Virus record (IMG/VR): IMGVR_UViG_3300013130_002194
Location: 4,472 to 68,471 of that record
DNA: 64,000 nucleotides
DNA from: a virus
Strand: one strand, 5' to 3'
Numbering within the stretch: position 1 is the first letter of the stretch; each line of letters opens with the position of its first letter. Of the stretch, positions 9,041 through 19,286 are shown in pieces. Below the pieces are notes generated by a model. The model made no database searches. It had not been told where the DNA came from and saw only the letters and a program-made list of their open reading frames with translations. The position numbers and the translations under genes are program-made.

Positions 9041-9667
9041 TTATTTTCCCGTTAAAATACCAGGTATCATCGGATACTTTAGCAGCTCAAAATCTCTTTT
9101 AAAGAAGGTATTAATAAAGTCTATAGTAGGCGGTTCAATTAGTTTTATATATGATGAAGATGAGCGAGGGGCTTTGGATTTGTTTACATGAGGCAGAAAA
9201 CTATCAATTTTTAGCTCTTTGGTCATTCTTTTAAAATCTTCGTTTAAACTTTCAGTACGTAAAACATAATCATAATGAACATCTTCAAAATAAGCATGCT
9301 GTGGCAAGTCTACCTTATCAACTAGATAATATTTTTCACACCAAAAGTGGAATTGTTTTAAAAAATACTTTTCATTACAATTTTCTCTTTTATTACTATA
9401 AAAGAAAGATGATATACACTTTGTGTAAGGGTTTCTAACAATTGTAAATTTCTTAAAACTTTTGAATCTTTCAGGAAATAATGAATTAAGAATTTTCGGG
9501 GTGTAGTGTTGAGGAGCAAAATATACCCCACCAATCTTTCTTTGATGGTAACTGTAAGCAGCTTGCTCGTTGTGCCCTCTAATAACTCTAAACTTCGTTT
9601 CAATAGATGTACCACCACTATGAGGAATATGTACAAATAACAATTCATGTTTATCAATAAATGGCAT
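9041..9667 (-). CDS. Sulfotransferase family 2-like protein
   Basis: FVHIPHSGGTSI (PAPS-binding HIPKxGGTS-like), FTIVRNPY...S, terminal DFELLKY. Confidence 0.75.
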   Translation of the reverse strand: MPFIDKHELLFVHIPHSGGTSIETKFRVIRGHNEQAAYSYHQRKIGGVYFAPQHYTPKILNSLFPERFKSFKKFTIVRNPYTKCISSFFYSNKRENCNEKYFLKQFHFWCEKYYLVDKVDLPQHAYFEDVHYDYVLRTESLNEDFKRMTKELKIDSFLPHVNKSKAPRSSSSYIKLIEPPTIDFINTFFKRDFELLKYPMIPGILTGK

Positions 9668-9668
9668 A

Positions 9669-10124
9669 TTACTTTTTTAGAAAAAGATGTTTTTCTGTTA
9701 ATATTAAAAATTCAAAATTTTTACCCTCACACCACCTTCTGGCTGCTTCCCACTTGGCCATATTTTTAGCATATGTAGTAGCTTCAGTTATATATGTACT
9801 CTCCTTTTTATTGCCATGTCTTTTAGGCTGCTCAGTTTGCTTAGATGGTTTAATCTCTACTAAGAACTTTTTTACAACAGATTCACTTATTTTGTAAACA
9901 ATGCTATTGTCAACATAGTACTTGTGAAATTTATTATCAAGAGGGGATTTGTAAGGTATAACAACAGATTCTGATGCCCATTCTAAAACTCGAGGGTTAT
10001 TATCACACCAACGAAAGAAATATAATTCGTAACTGCTCCTGTAAACAGGATCTTGAGTGCCAAGATATTTTGACCTGTTTACAGGTTTGTAAATTCCTTT
10101 TTTGTATTGCCCAACTTTGAACAT
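9669..10124 (-). CDS. gp4: Head completion nuclease (TnsA-like PD-(D/E)XK)
   Basis: KPVNRSKYLG, YRSSYE, WASE...IPY, EIKP..QT, N.AKW.AA, ILTE. Confidence 0.9.
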   Translation of the reverse strand: MFKVGQYKKGIYKPVNRSKYLGTQDPVYRSSYELYFFRWCDNNPRVLEWASESVVIPYKSPLDNKFHKYYVDNSIVYKISESVVKKFLVEIKPSKQTEQPKRHGNKKESTYITEATTYAKNMAKWEAARRWCEGKNFEFLILTEKHLFLKK

Positions 10125-10996
10125 TATCCAACAAAGAATAATGGCGGTTCGGCATCTCCGAATCCTGCTGTAGACTTTGTAAACAATTGAGTTTCTAGCT
10201 TTTCTTTTTCTGCTAAACCTTGACTCAACATGTCATTATAGTTTACAGTACCACCACCAAATAAACTTTGACCGGCATATTTACCTCTTATTTGTCCAAT
10301 TGCTATCTTTGTAAGCGCTAATGAGTATTGCTGTACCCAAGGCTCCATGACAATGTATTTTAATTGACGTTCAACATAACATCCAATTAACCCAAACCAT
10401 TGGCTAGTTACTGTTTGTATAGATGGGTCCGGTAAAATCTTTAAATACTGAGTTCTTGGGTCAAAATAGAAGTAATAATACTGAGTAAGAGTCTTGGCTC
10501 TTGTGCTCATATACATTTGAGTTATATGCCAGCTTACAAGATCAAAACCATAGTTGCCAAGAGCATAGTTAAAATATGTTTGCTGTGCCAATGTTTGTTC
10601 AATAGTGAACAATGTATTAGTACCAGTTGTAGTACCTTGTTCAAGAGAGAACACATCAACTACTTTTCTATAATTATCTAAATCATAGTCAAAATTAGCT
10701 GAAAGAGCACTCATCAACGGAGTGATTGTGAACAATGTATCTAGCTTAACACCTGCATTTGTATCATACAAGGCACTATTAAAAATTAAGTACTCTTCTG
10801 TATAACCTGCATATTTTGTAAAGAGTTCACAAGCTATTGAAATATTCTCATAAACAATGTCTTGAGTTACTTCTAGTTTAAGAACAGGTGCACCTAGCTG
10901 AAAACCGATTCTTTGAGCCAATCGATTATAAGAATTAATCTTAGTATCAAGATTTGTGTTATAATAATAGGCTACTGGATTACAAGGTATTGACAT
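10124..10996 (-). CDS. gp13: Neck protein
   Basis: LGAPVLKLEVT, WVQQYSLAL.K...G..RGKY, GGGTVN, PPLFFVG. Confidence 0.88.
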   Translation of the reverse strand: MSIPCNPVAYYYNTNLDTKINSYNRLAQRIGFQLGAPVLKLEVTQDIVYENISIACELFTKYAGYTEEYLIFNSALYDTNAGVKLDTLFTITPLMSALSANFDYDLDNYRKVVDVFSLEQGTTTGTNTLFTIEQTLAQQTYFNYALGNYGFDLVSWHITQMYMSTRAKTLTQYYYFYFDPRTQYLKILPDPSIQTVTSQWFGLIGCYVERQLKYIVMEPWVQQYSLALTKIAIGQIRGKYAGQSLFGGGTVNYNDMLSQGLAEKEKLETQLFTKSTAGFGDAEPPLFFVG

Positions 10997-11002
10997 AATT
11001 TA

Positions 11003-12823
11003 TTAGGTTGGTAGCGCAGAAGCCTCAGATCCTGGTGCTGGTGTTGGAGCTGGAGCTGCTCCACCCTCTGGAGCTGTACCTGGAGCAGGAGCTGCTCCAC
11101 CTTCAGCTCCAGGTAATGGAGTAAAGGCTGGAGGAGCTTCTCCTCCACCACCCATGCCTCCACCACCTCCACCAAAGCCAGCAATTTGACTTTCTGCAGA
11201 AGTAGGTTCAGCTTGTTTTTGTTCCCAATCGGGGCCAGAATTAACAATCTGAGCAAGCTCCCATTTCAATCCAGCATCCTTCTTGAGCCACTCTCTATTG
11301 GCCTTAATATCCACATCAGACCAACCCAAGTACTTCTTCATGGCAAAAGAAGTTGAGAACATTTCATTAGTAGAAACTTGACCGAAATTAGCAAACTTTA
11401 ATTCAAGAATTTGGTTTTGTCTTAGCTCGTAATAATTGGTTGGTGGTACAAACTCTAATTGAATATCACTTTCAACAATTTCATATGTATCCAGCAACCC
11501 TTTTAGCTTGAGTTGAGTAACGAAAGCTGGGCGTAAACCTGCTGCAAAAGTTCTTTGCAACCTAATAATGAAGTTAGCAAACTTGAGCTCTTCTCTTAAG
11601 ATTGTTGCAGAATCGTTAGTGGTATCTTCTGGGTTTAGTCTTGTTACTGGCACCTTAAGAGACTTGTAAAGCTTCTTAATAAAGTAGTTTAAGTCGTCTA
11701 ATTGACCAAGATTCTGACCTGCTGCTAATGTAGTTACAGTTGTGCCTTCTCCACCTTGTCTCTTGGCGAACCAGAAGGCATCCATCATTGATTGTGGGTT
11801 ATAAGTCAATACTGGAGAGCCGTTATAAGCATCATAGCTCTTTTTACTCCAGAAATTATTCATTAACTTCTTTAGATAAGCCTCTGCTTTTGGCTTAGGC
11901 ATGTCTCCTACATCTACATTAAACACCAATCTCTCTGGAGCTCTTACAAGACGATAAATGATAATAGAGTCTTCAATCAAAGATAATTGACGATAGGCTC
12001 TTCTAGCATTTTCAATGTATGGGACACGAATAGTCTTTGATTGATTCCAAATACCGGAGTTAATATAAAGAATCTGATTCTTTTCCATTGGAATCAACTC
12101 AAACTTACCTGTAGTTGATTGTCTCTTGCTGGCTTCTGTTTTTGAATTACCAGCAAATGGCTTACGCAACAAATAGCCTTTGATCAAAAGATTCTGTACA
12201 TTTTCATAAACAGGGTCAATTAATTCGCAAGGGATGTTAATGAAGCCAAGAATTCCTTTATCTGGCTCTTTTTGACTAACAACATTTTCAAAATACAATT
12301 CACCATCCATCAAGAGCATTCTAATATACTCCCAACCTTTACCTTCTAAATCTAGCTTCTGTAAAAACTTTTGTAGCTCCTTGTTAATAATTGTTGTAAC
12401 CTTTTCGTCATGTTGAAAGTTACGTAAATTAAGCTTTACAATCTCATTATGTTCATCTTTATTAAGAAATGAATCGCAAATCTCATCAAGCGCATCAGCT
12501 ACCTCAGCAAACTGTGCCATGATTCTGTATTCAAGCAAACGACGAGTCTTATCAAAGTCGACATTCGCATACATGAACTGGCTATAGTTCTTATCAATGG
12601 TAATACCACCCATTGGGTGTGTATCCATTTTTGGAGTAGAAATAGCCTGTCGGTTCAACATTTGGGCTTTATTAGAGCCCATCCCGTAAAATAACTTATA
12701 TTTTGGATTAATTACATCTAACGGATCGACATTATTCAAAGGGGATGTGTAAGGAAGCTTTGAATATATCATATTCATTACTTGACCCATTGTGTCGTTT
12801 TTTGATGAACCATCAATTGCCAT
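11003..12823 (-). CDS. gp20: Portal vertex protein with G/A/P-rich C-terminal tail
   Basis: IEDSIIIYRLVRAPERLVFNVDVG.MPK.KAE.Y, LYKSLKVPVTRL, REELKF. Confidence 0.96.
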   Translation of the reverse strand: MAIDGSSKNDTMGQVMNMIYSKLPYTSPLNNVDPLDVINPKYKLFYGMGSNKAQMLNRQAISTPKMDTHPMGGITIDKNYSQFMYANVDFDKTRRLLEYRIMAQFAEVADALDEICDSFLNKDEHNEIVKLNLRNFQHDEKVTTIINKELQKFLQKLDLEGKGWEYIRMLLMDGELYFENVVSQKEPDKGILGFINIPCELIDPVYENVQNLLIKGYLLRKPFAGNSKTEASKRQSTTGKFELIPMEKNQILYINSGIWNQSKTIRVPYIENARRAYRQLSLIEDSIIIYRLVRAPERLVFNVDVGDMPKPKAEAYLKKLMNNFWSKKSYDAYNGSPVLTYNPQSMMDAFWFAKRQGGEGTTVTTLAAGQNLGQLDDLNYFIKKLYKSLKVPVTRLNPEDTTNDSATILREELKFANFIIRLQRTFAAGLRPAFVTQLKLKGLLDTYEIVESDIQLEFVPPTNYYELRQNQILELKFANFGQVSTNEMFSTSFAMKKYLGWSDVDIKANREWLKKDAGLKWELAQIVNSGPDWEQKQAEPTSAESQIAGFGGGGGGMGGGGEAPPAFTPLPGAEGGAAPAPGTAPEGGAAPAPTPAPGSEASALPT

Positions 12824-12864
12824 AAAATTATTTATTGTTTAGAACAGTTAATTCAATTTTATTA

Positions 12865-14241
12865 TTACAAATGTGTTGGGGTTGGTGTTGGGGTACCGCT
12901 AGGTGTGAACGAAGGTGTTGGGGTTGGTGTTTTAGTAGGTGTTACAGAAGGAGTAAAGCAGAACGGGAAGGTATTAGTGTTTATAAAACCACCACCAGTC
13001 ATTACAGTAAAGGATGTATTAATATCATAACCTAACCCACCTGGTTTATAGGCATAGTTAATAACCCCTTGAGGTGTTAAACTTTGCAAGTACCAACCGT
13101 TAAGAGAAGGTAAGTATGTTAATTGAGATGTAGGTACGTAATTGCTAGTGTATTGGATTACATCATCTGTAACTCTGTATAATACACCATTAATATATAA
13201 GGAGTAAGTTAGTCTTCCAACAAAGGTCATTGTGTAACAACCATATGCGCAGAAGTCATTGCCAACACCGGAAATAATAATACCTGGAGCCAGAGTAGGA
13301 GTAAGATCTGGAGTTGAAGTAGGTGCTGGTGTAGGTGTAGGTGTTGGTGTTTGAGTAATTGGTGTTGTTGGTGTAACAGAAGGAGTAGTTGTTTGAGTTG
13401 GTGTTGGTGTTTGAGTTGGTGTTGGTGTTTGAGTAACAGGGGTAGGTGTTACTGTTGGGGTAGGTGTTGGTGTAGCTGGAACTGCATCAAATACAGTTAT
13501 ACCATCTGAAATACAATAACCAGACTTATTAAATGTAATGAAATTTATTAATGTTCCATTACTAAAACTACTTAAAGGTGGTAAGGTAAATATTACTTTA
13601 GTATCTGAAACCTTAATGAAGCTTGTTACTCTTACTGCTGAAATACCAGGATAGGCATTAGTAAGATTATAAATTGTGGTTGGTAAATATTTTAAGCTTG
13701 TTAAATTTTCATCAGTAAAAAAATCTACATACTCTGTTGTAAGTGTTGTAAATAAGGAGTTATCTGTTGCGCTAAGATAAATGTTATCAAGGAATAAAAA
13801 ATTACCTGTTATTGTAACATCTCTATATGTTGACCTTCTTCCGTATTTAGAGTAGTGAACATAAGAGATACAGGGTAAAGCAGAGACTACAACTGTTTCT
13901 GTAAGATTAGAGCTAGCCGGAAGAGAAAATACATCACCACCTGAAACATATTCAGATGTAATATAAATCGTCTCTGTTAAGTTAGAGCTAGCCGGAAGAG
14001 AAAATACATCACCACCTGAAACATATTCAGATGTAATATAAATCGTCTCTGTTAAGTTAGAGCTAGCTGGAAGAGAAAATACATCACCACCTGAAACATA
14101 TTCAGATGTAATGTATATTGTTTCTGTAAGATTAGAGCTTAAAGGTAATGAGTAGACTTCCCCACCTGAAACGTATGCAGCTGTAATGTATATTGTTTCT
14201 GTAAGATTCGAACTATATGGTGGGTAGTTTGTAGAACTCAT
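12865..14241 (-). CDS. Putative virion surface protein with N-terminal 25-aa repeats and Pro/Thr-rich mucin-like linkers
   Basis: Repeats SSNLTETIYITSEYVSGGDVFSLPA; TPTPT tracts; within the structural cluster. Confidence 0.65.
   Translation of the reverse strand: MSSTNYPPYSSNLTETIYITAAYVSGGEVYSLPLSSNLTETIYITSEYVSGGDVFSLPASSNLTETIYITSEYVSGGDVFSLPASSNLTETIYITSEYVSGGDVFSLPASSNLTETVVVSALPCISYVHYSKYGRRSTYRDVTITGNFLFLDNIYLSATDNSLFTTLTTEYVDFFTDENLTSLKYLPTTIYNLTNAYPGISAVRVTSFIKVSDTKVIFTLPPLSSFSNGTLINFITFNKSGYCISDGITVFDAVPATPTPTPTVTPTPVTQTPTPTQTPTPTQTTTPSVTPTTPITQTPTPTPTPAPTSTPDLTPTLAPGIIISGVGNDFCAYGCYTMTFVGRLTYSLYINGVLYRVTDDVIQYTSNYVPTSQLTYLPSLNGWYLQSLTPQGVINYAYKPGGLGYDINTSFTVMTGGGFINTNTFPFCFTPSVTPTKTPTPTPSFTPSGTPTPTPTHL
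13894..14214. repeat. 75-bp tandem repeat, about 4.3 copies, coding
   Basis: AAGAGAAAATACATCACCACCTGAAACATATTCAGATGTA recurs at 13921, 13996 and 14071. Confidence 0.9.
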
Positions 14242-14243
14242 TT

Positions 14244-14909
14244 TTAATATACATCAAAACCAGAAACAGGTATAAAATTAGCTTCAATAACGAAAATATT
14301 ATTAACAGGTCCTTGATCTTTCGGAAATAACCAACCCTTTATTGTAAAAGAAGTATCTGCTGAAACTCTGTAAGGGGTTGGGCTATCAATATCTGTTGGA
14401 TATGACATATTAAGGCTTTCAGACCATAATACCTCTGTTCTTATCTCTTGAGGCACTTGTACGAATGCAGATGGTATTTTCCACGAAATTATTACATAAG
14501 GGTTACTATAAGGTACAAAGTTACTGAGTATTTGATCCATATCTGTTTGATATTTGGTTAAAATACTCATATTAACATTAATATTAATTGGTACAGGTTG
14601 TGGCAAGTAGTCAGTACTACCTACGCCGTTGTTAGCATAAAAAGAACCTAAAATCTTATTGAATACTCTTGAACTATCCTTTTGAATACCACCAATAGTA
14701 ACTGCTATTACTGGTAAAGTAAGGTGCATAGACTTATTAACTAAGTCTTGAATAACTCTTTGTTTTGGGGAATATACGTACGAAACTCTAAGCTTTTTCT
14801 CATCAGGTACTCTGTCTTTATCATATCGATTAATAACTACAGAGTTAAACGCAGTAACAAACTGCGTAATCAGATCTTTTATTTCAAAATAGAATGGTTG
14901 ATCTCTCAC
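14244..14909 (-). CDS. gp15: Tail sheath stabilizer/terminator
   Basis: FY.EIK...F...FN, YSPKQR, TLP, PVP.NI, QILSNFVPY, FTIKGWLF. Confidence 0.85.
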   Translation of the reverse strand: MRDQPFYFEIKDLITQFVTAFNSVVINRYDKDRVPDEKKLRVSYVYSPKQRVIQDLVNKSMHLTLPVIAVTIGGIQKDSSRVFNKILGSFYANNGVGSTDYLPQPVPININVNMSILTKYQTDMDQILSNFVPYSNPYVIISWKIPSAFVQVPQEIRTEVLWSESLNMSYPTDIDSPTPYRVSADTSFTIKGWLFPKDQGPVNNIFVIEANFIPVSGFDVY

Positions 14910-14938
14910 ACAAATATTTATAAATTGTTCAGGCTTTT

Positions 14939-15826
14939 ATGTTGAAAGTTTTATTTATCAACAATTTCGCTCAACCAGACTATTTATCCAACATGCTCTA
15001 TATAGGGCTAGCAGGTAGGAAAGATGTTGAACTTTATACTTATGCAGCGCCTTTCCATTTAATAAAAGACATAGGCTGGGATAATAAATTCGTAGTTAAT
15101 AGTAAATGGGAGGGAGTTGTAAAAGTTCCTGGCTTTACAGTTTGCGGTAAAGTCGAAAAAGGGCCAATAATAGACTTCCCACAAGAAATAAAAATTAAAA
15201 TACAAAACCGCTTCTACGATAAAATCATATACTCTTCTATTTGGAGAGATCAAATGTTTTTTGAAGAGGTTATTAAAACTTATAGCAAAAAAGATATTAT
15301 TTTAATTGATGGAGATGATCATGATTTAGTTCTAGAACCAGTAGTAGGTAAAGGAGTTTATTTCAAACGAGAAATGTATAGCGATAGAATAGATATAAAC
15401 CCTATTGCAATGGCTGTACCAGATACAACATTACTTTCTTATTCTCCAATAAACAAATCTCAATTTTTTGGGATAGTATATCCAGGTAAGCCGGAGACTT
15501 ATATTTTTAAAAAAGAAGACACCTACTACTACGATTATTTTAAATCCTATTTTGGTGTTACCTTTAAAAAAGGTGGTTGGGATTGTTTAAGACATTACGA
15601 AATATTAGCTAACAGATGTATACCGTATTTCATTAATTTAGAAAACTGCCCTAAAAACACTCTTTTTAATTGGCCAAAAAAGATGATATTAAAGACTAAT
15701 GAGTATGCAAAAAGCTGTATAGTACCTCTGGAGTATGAATATCTCCTTGAAGAACTATACAGCTACGTGAAACAGAATATGACTACTAGTGTGCTTGCCA
15801 AATATGTTATTGAAACCGCTGGATAA
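14939..15826 (+). CDS. Glycosyltransferase-like protein
   Basis: IDGDD, YFKRE, KKGGWDCLRHYEILANRCIPYF, typical of a viral GT-B-like family. Confidence 0.6.
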   Translation: MLKVLFINNFAQPDYLSNMLYIGLAGRKDVELYTYAAPFHLIKDIGWDNKFVVNSKWEGVVKVPGFTVCGKVEKGPIIDFPQEIKIKIQNRFYDKIIYSSIWRDQMFFEEVIKTYSKKDIILIDGDDHDLVLEPVVGKGVYFKREMYSDRIDINPIAMAVPDTTLLSYSPINKSQFFGIVYPGKPETYIFKKEDTYYYDYFKSYFGVTFKKGGWDCLRHYEILANRCIPYFINLENCPKNTLFNWPKKMILKTNEYAKSCIVPLEYEYLLEELYSYVKQNMTTSVLAKYVIETAG

Positions 15827-17438
15827 AGTGTTGCGGTAATTTATGCTTACATTTCATAAGTACAAACTTAATTGTACCATCCAAGATGTAAGTATCGCAA
15901 TGATCCTCTTCAGTTCTAATGCCACGACCACAAGCCTGAACAAGACTGCTTAGCATCTTATTTTCATACCAATCTGGGTCAAGCTTAAACAGAGTTTCAA
16001 CTCGCTTTGATCCCAAAGGTAAGTAAGGTAGCTTCAATACAATTTGAAAGCGAGCTAACTCATCCTTAAGATCTACTCCATGAGTAAGAGACGGAGATAT
16101 AAGCACTGTTGGCTTATCTGACTCTACATGCTCTTTAACAATATCTTCATTTGTCTTACCTTGCTCTCGATAAAGCATTCGATCATTATACCCATCAAAT
16201 TTAGCCTTGACATATTCAGTAATCTTAAACGAGTGGGTATGAATAATACCTTTATCATTCTTATACTTGTCAACTAGCTCCTTTGTAATATTGCAAACAT
16301 GAGGTAGGTTCTGTTCAAGGTTAGCATGATTGAGCTTATACTTTGTATGAACATAAATTGGAGCCTTCTTTGGATCAAACGAAGAGGGCATCTCAACATA
16401 TTCATACTCTTCAATGCCAAGACTCTTAGCGAAATTAACTGGATCAATAATAGTTGCTGACATCAGAATAACTTTTTGACCATGATCAAAGATATGACTA
16501 GAAAGCTTATCAACCTTCAACGGTGAAAAATTAACAGCAGTAGCAGACTTCTCAATAACATACTTGCAATCATTCCAATGCCCAGCAACAGTCTTAACTG
16601 AATGACATACATTATTCAACCCGCGGAGTTTGTTCTGTTGAGCATCAGTAAGCTCCTTCTTGTTGCGCTTTTCAGTTAAAGCCTTTATCTGTTCTTCAAT
16701 CACAACCAACAGATTGGTAAGCCATTCAATAACTCGATTAGATACATCAGTAGCCAGCTTCTGGGTATGAACACCAAGCTGTGCTAGCCTTTCATAACTA
16801 ATATCAAGCCCGAAACGCTTAACCAATTCATCTTCAAGTTCTGCAGCCTCATCACAAATCAACAGCTCTTTACGTTTCAAAACATCTGGCAGAGCCAAGA
16901 ACATACTATAGTTAAGAATACCAAAATTGCTAGTAACAACTCGATTGCGAGCCTCATAATACGGACAAATACACTTTTTCCAGCAATCCTCTTTAATCTT
17001 TCCAACGACCACACAAGGAGCAATTTCAACATCCTTAGTTTCATCAATAGTACACTGGTAGTTAGACTTGCCTTTAAGGATATCAGAATCAGAAAAGAAC
17101 TCTTTGTATTGGTTCTGAAGGTTCTTAGAAATAGTCAACACCATTGAACCAAAGGGTTGTTGCTTGTCAATCTCTTCTTGATTAGAGAATTCACCAGACT
17201 GATCCATTTGATAGATTGAATAGGAGTCAACCAAATGCTTAAAGTCTTTGCTACACGAGTCTGTCAAGTTAGCAACAGTACGAGAAATATAAGACTTTCC
17301 TGAGCCTGTTGGTGCGCATAAGATAAGAAACTTTTTATCACCTCGAAGAAACTTTTCAATCTTCTTTAACACAGCAGCCTGCTGTTCACGAGGGGTGTGG
17401 TTACTTGGAAATGCTGATAGGATGTCTTTCTGTTTCAC
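15807..17438 (-). CDS. DinG/Rad3(XPD)-like superfamily 2 helicase
   Basis: APTGSGKS, LKGKSNYQC...C...C..CPYY Fe-S-type Cys cluster, DEAA, MSAT, GVDL, QACGRGIR; GTG start at 17438 inferred from promoter. Confidence 0.85.
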   Translation of the reverse strand: MKQKDILSAFPSNHTPREQQAAVLKKIEKFLRGDKKFLILCAPTGSGKSYISRTVANLTDSCSKDFKHLVDSYSIYQMDQSGEFSNQEEIDKQQPFGSMVLTISKNLQNQYKEFFSDSDILKGKSNYQCTIDETKDVEIAPCVVVGKIKEDCWKKCICPYYEARNRVVTSNFGILNYSMFLALPDVLKRKELLICDEAAELEDELVKRFGLDISYERLAQLGVHTQKLATDVSNRVIEWLTNLLVVIEEQIKALTEKRNKKELTDAQQNKLRGLNNVCHSVKTVAGHWNDCKYVIEKSATAVNFSPLKVDKLSSHIFDHGQKVILMSATIIDPVNFAKSLGIEEYEYVEMPSSFDPKKAPIYVHTKYKLNHANLEQNLPHVCNITKELVDKYKNDKGIIHTHSFKITEYVKAKFDGYNDRMLYREQGKTNEDIVKEHVESDKPTVLISPSLTHGVDLKDELARFQIVLKLPYLPLGSKRVETLFKLDPDWYENKMLSSLVQACGRGIRTEEDHCDTYILDGTIKFVLMKCKHKLPQHFIQRFQ

Positions 17439-17445
17439 TACGTTG

Positions 17446-17474
17446 AGTATAGTGTCACGTAAAATGAAAAGCAA
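17446..17474 (-). promoter_or_regulatory. sigma70-like promoter TTGCTT-N17-TATACT, 7 nt before GTG 17438
   Basis: Direct reading of the reverse complement. Confidence 0.65.
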
Positions 17475-17790
17475 GCTTATTGTTTATATATTTGGACTTA
17501 TATAGTTTATAGTATTCGTCTACCTTAATTTTCAGAGTAATATCATCAGTCAAAAGCTCAACTTTATAGTCGAACAAAAACCCTGTAGCGGTTTCGATTA
17601 TTTTAAACGGTAGAGGAATTTCCAAATACTTATTCTTGTTATTAGAATTAATACAAAACACTAAGTAATATTCTTTTGGAGCAAATAAAATAAACTTTCC
17701 TGTACGCAACACTTTCTCATTAAAAAGTATTTGAATATTTTTTTGAAAGTGCTTCTGTAATTTTTGCTCAAGTACAAGACTATCTGTCAC
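17455..17790 (-). CDS. Hypothetical protein
   Basis: 111 aa ORF in a tight co-directional run. Confidence 0.6.
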   Translation of the reverse strand: MTDSLVLEQKLQKHFQKNIQILFNEKVLRTGKFILFAPKEYYLVFCINSNNKNKYLEIPLPFKIIETATGFLFDYKVELLTDDITLKIKVDEYYKLYKSKYINNKLAFHFT

Positions 17791-17804
17791 AAATAATAAT
17801 TACT

Positions 17805-18182
17805 CTATACCCGCATAAAGTCAATTTTCTGCTTCTCTGTCATGAAGGCTAACTTCTCATTATAATATTGCCAAAACTCATCATTTGCCTTTATTGTGGC
17901 TACAACCTGACAGGCTGCTACATTTATTTGTCTGTAATCCTGTTCAAATATATCCCAAGTAACAACTAATCCTTTTAATTCTGGACTATAATCTAGTTGC
18001 TGGTGAGGTGGTCGGTAGTTAAGAGCCACTCTTCCTTTAGTACTGTTTAATAAAGAATAACTGTTGGTGCAAAGCATTCTTCTAAAAAGAGGTTCGCCAG
18101 GCTGTGGTCTACGCCTGGCAAATTTAAGTTCAACTACGTTTTGCTGTAAGAGAAGTTTTAACTGATTTAGGCTTACTTTCAC
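17805..18182 (-). CDS. WYL/Sm-like SH3 beta-barrel protein (DUF2693-like)
   Basis: VVELKF.RR...RRMLCT...VVTWDI...YRQI pattern. Confidence 0.55.
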   Translation of the reverse strand: MKVSLNQLKLLLQQNVVELKFARRRPQPGEPLFRRMLCTNSYSLLNSTKGRVALNYRPPHQQLDYSPELKGLVVTWDIFEQDYRQINVAACQVVATIKANDEFWQYYNEKLAFMTEKQKIDFMRV

Positions 18183-18193
18183 CTAATTATTTA

Positions 18194-18631
18194 TTAACTC
18201 ACAGTAACTGCTGGCTGTTTTGCTCTAGAGCAAACACCGAAAATACGAGTCTCATCCAAGAAGATAGACTGCTTAATCTTTCCAAGACCTTTAACAACAA
18301 CGTTTGAGACAGGAATACCTTTATCATTTGGAAAACAAACGAAATCATCCACCTTAACGTTTTTACAATCAGGACCAGCAAGAATAATTTGACCGATTCT
18401 CCAGGCTGCCTTGGTATGATCGATTGGTACTAGAATACCATTTCTCATGACTGTTTGATTGCTATCAGGAGTATCGACATAGCGAACTAGAATAATATTA
18501 TCAAGAACCTTATCGAGCTCAAAATCATCAATAAGAGTAAAAGTATCACTAGCGTGCTTTTCAAAGTTCAATGCACTAGTCTTTTGCATATGAACTGGAA
18601 CTGGGACGTTAGTAGGAAGTGTTGGTACCAT
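18194..18631 (-). CDS. GroES-like co-chaperonin (gp31 analogue)
   Basis: VLDNIILV...GILVP...GQIILAGPDCKNVKVDDFV.F GroES pattern. Confidence 0.7.
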   Translation of the reverse strand: MVPTLPTNVPVPVHMQKTSALNFEKHASDTFTLIDDFELDKVLDNIILVRYVDTPDSNQTVMRNGILVPIDHTKAAWRIGQIILAGPDCKNVKVDDFVCFPNDKGIPVSNVVVKGLGKIKQSIFLDETRIFGVCSRAKQPAVTVS

Positions 18632-18653
18632 ATTTGTATATACAAGTTTTTAC

Positions 18654-19286
18654 TTATTTTTCAATGGCGTACTTTTCCCTTGGGTATGAATTTTTATAAT
18701 GATCTAACCCAGAATTGTAAATCTCTTTTCTTTTTATTGTGTCTTGAATATCAAACAACCAATACTCGCAATACAACCTATCTATCTTTTCCACCTTTAA
18801 TTCTTTTAACCGGTTTATATGTTTAGAATTAGCCCACCAAAAATTACCTGAGTAATGTGGTTTACCAGGCAAGTAATTTACTCCGCACACATCGTGGTTA
18901 TCTAGAGCCTCTAAACACTTCTCATGTTTTTCAATTAAAAAATACTCCATAAGATTAACCCAATCCTGGATATTTTTGTTGTTTGGTCTTGTAACTCCTT
19001 TGCTGTGAATATAAAGAATCTTACCAGAATTGTTCTTACAATAATTCTGTACCATCTTTAAAGTATCAGCCTCTGTTTCTTCATTAGGTTTTAAATAAGT
19101 TTCTACTTTGTGATAAAAACTTAAATCTTGTTTGAGCTTTTCTTTTTCTGGCCCTACTAAGATTACATTAATTTTATCAACCTTTTGAATTAAGGAGCTC
19201 GAAGAAATTTTATTGTAGGTGTTAACGAATCTATTCAAGCAATCGTTAACACAATACATATGATAGAATATTTGAATACTACTCAT
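18654..19286 (-). CDS. Glycosyltransferase-like protein
   Basis: E..TL, ILYIHSKGVT, HYSGNFWWANS, R..CEYW motifs of a viral GT-A-like family; start set at ATG 19286. Confidence 0.55.
   Translation of the reverse strand: MSSIQIFYHMYCVNDCLNRFVNTYNKISSSSLIQKVDKINVILVGPEKEKLKQDLSFYHKVETYLKPNEETEADTLKMVQNYCKNNSGKILYIHSKGVTRPNNKNIQDWVNLMEYFLIEKHEKCLEALDNHDVCGVNYLPGKPHYSGNFWWANSKHINRLKELKVEKIDRLYCEYWLFDIQDTIKRKEIYNSGLDHYKNSYPREKYAIEK

Noticed and set aside
13894-14214. Possible CRISPR array
   Set aside because: 75-bp units are contiguous, in frame and lack unique spacers; it is a coding repeat
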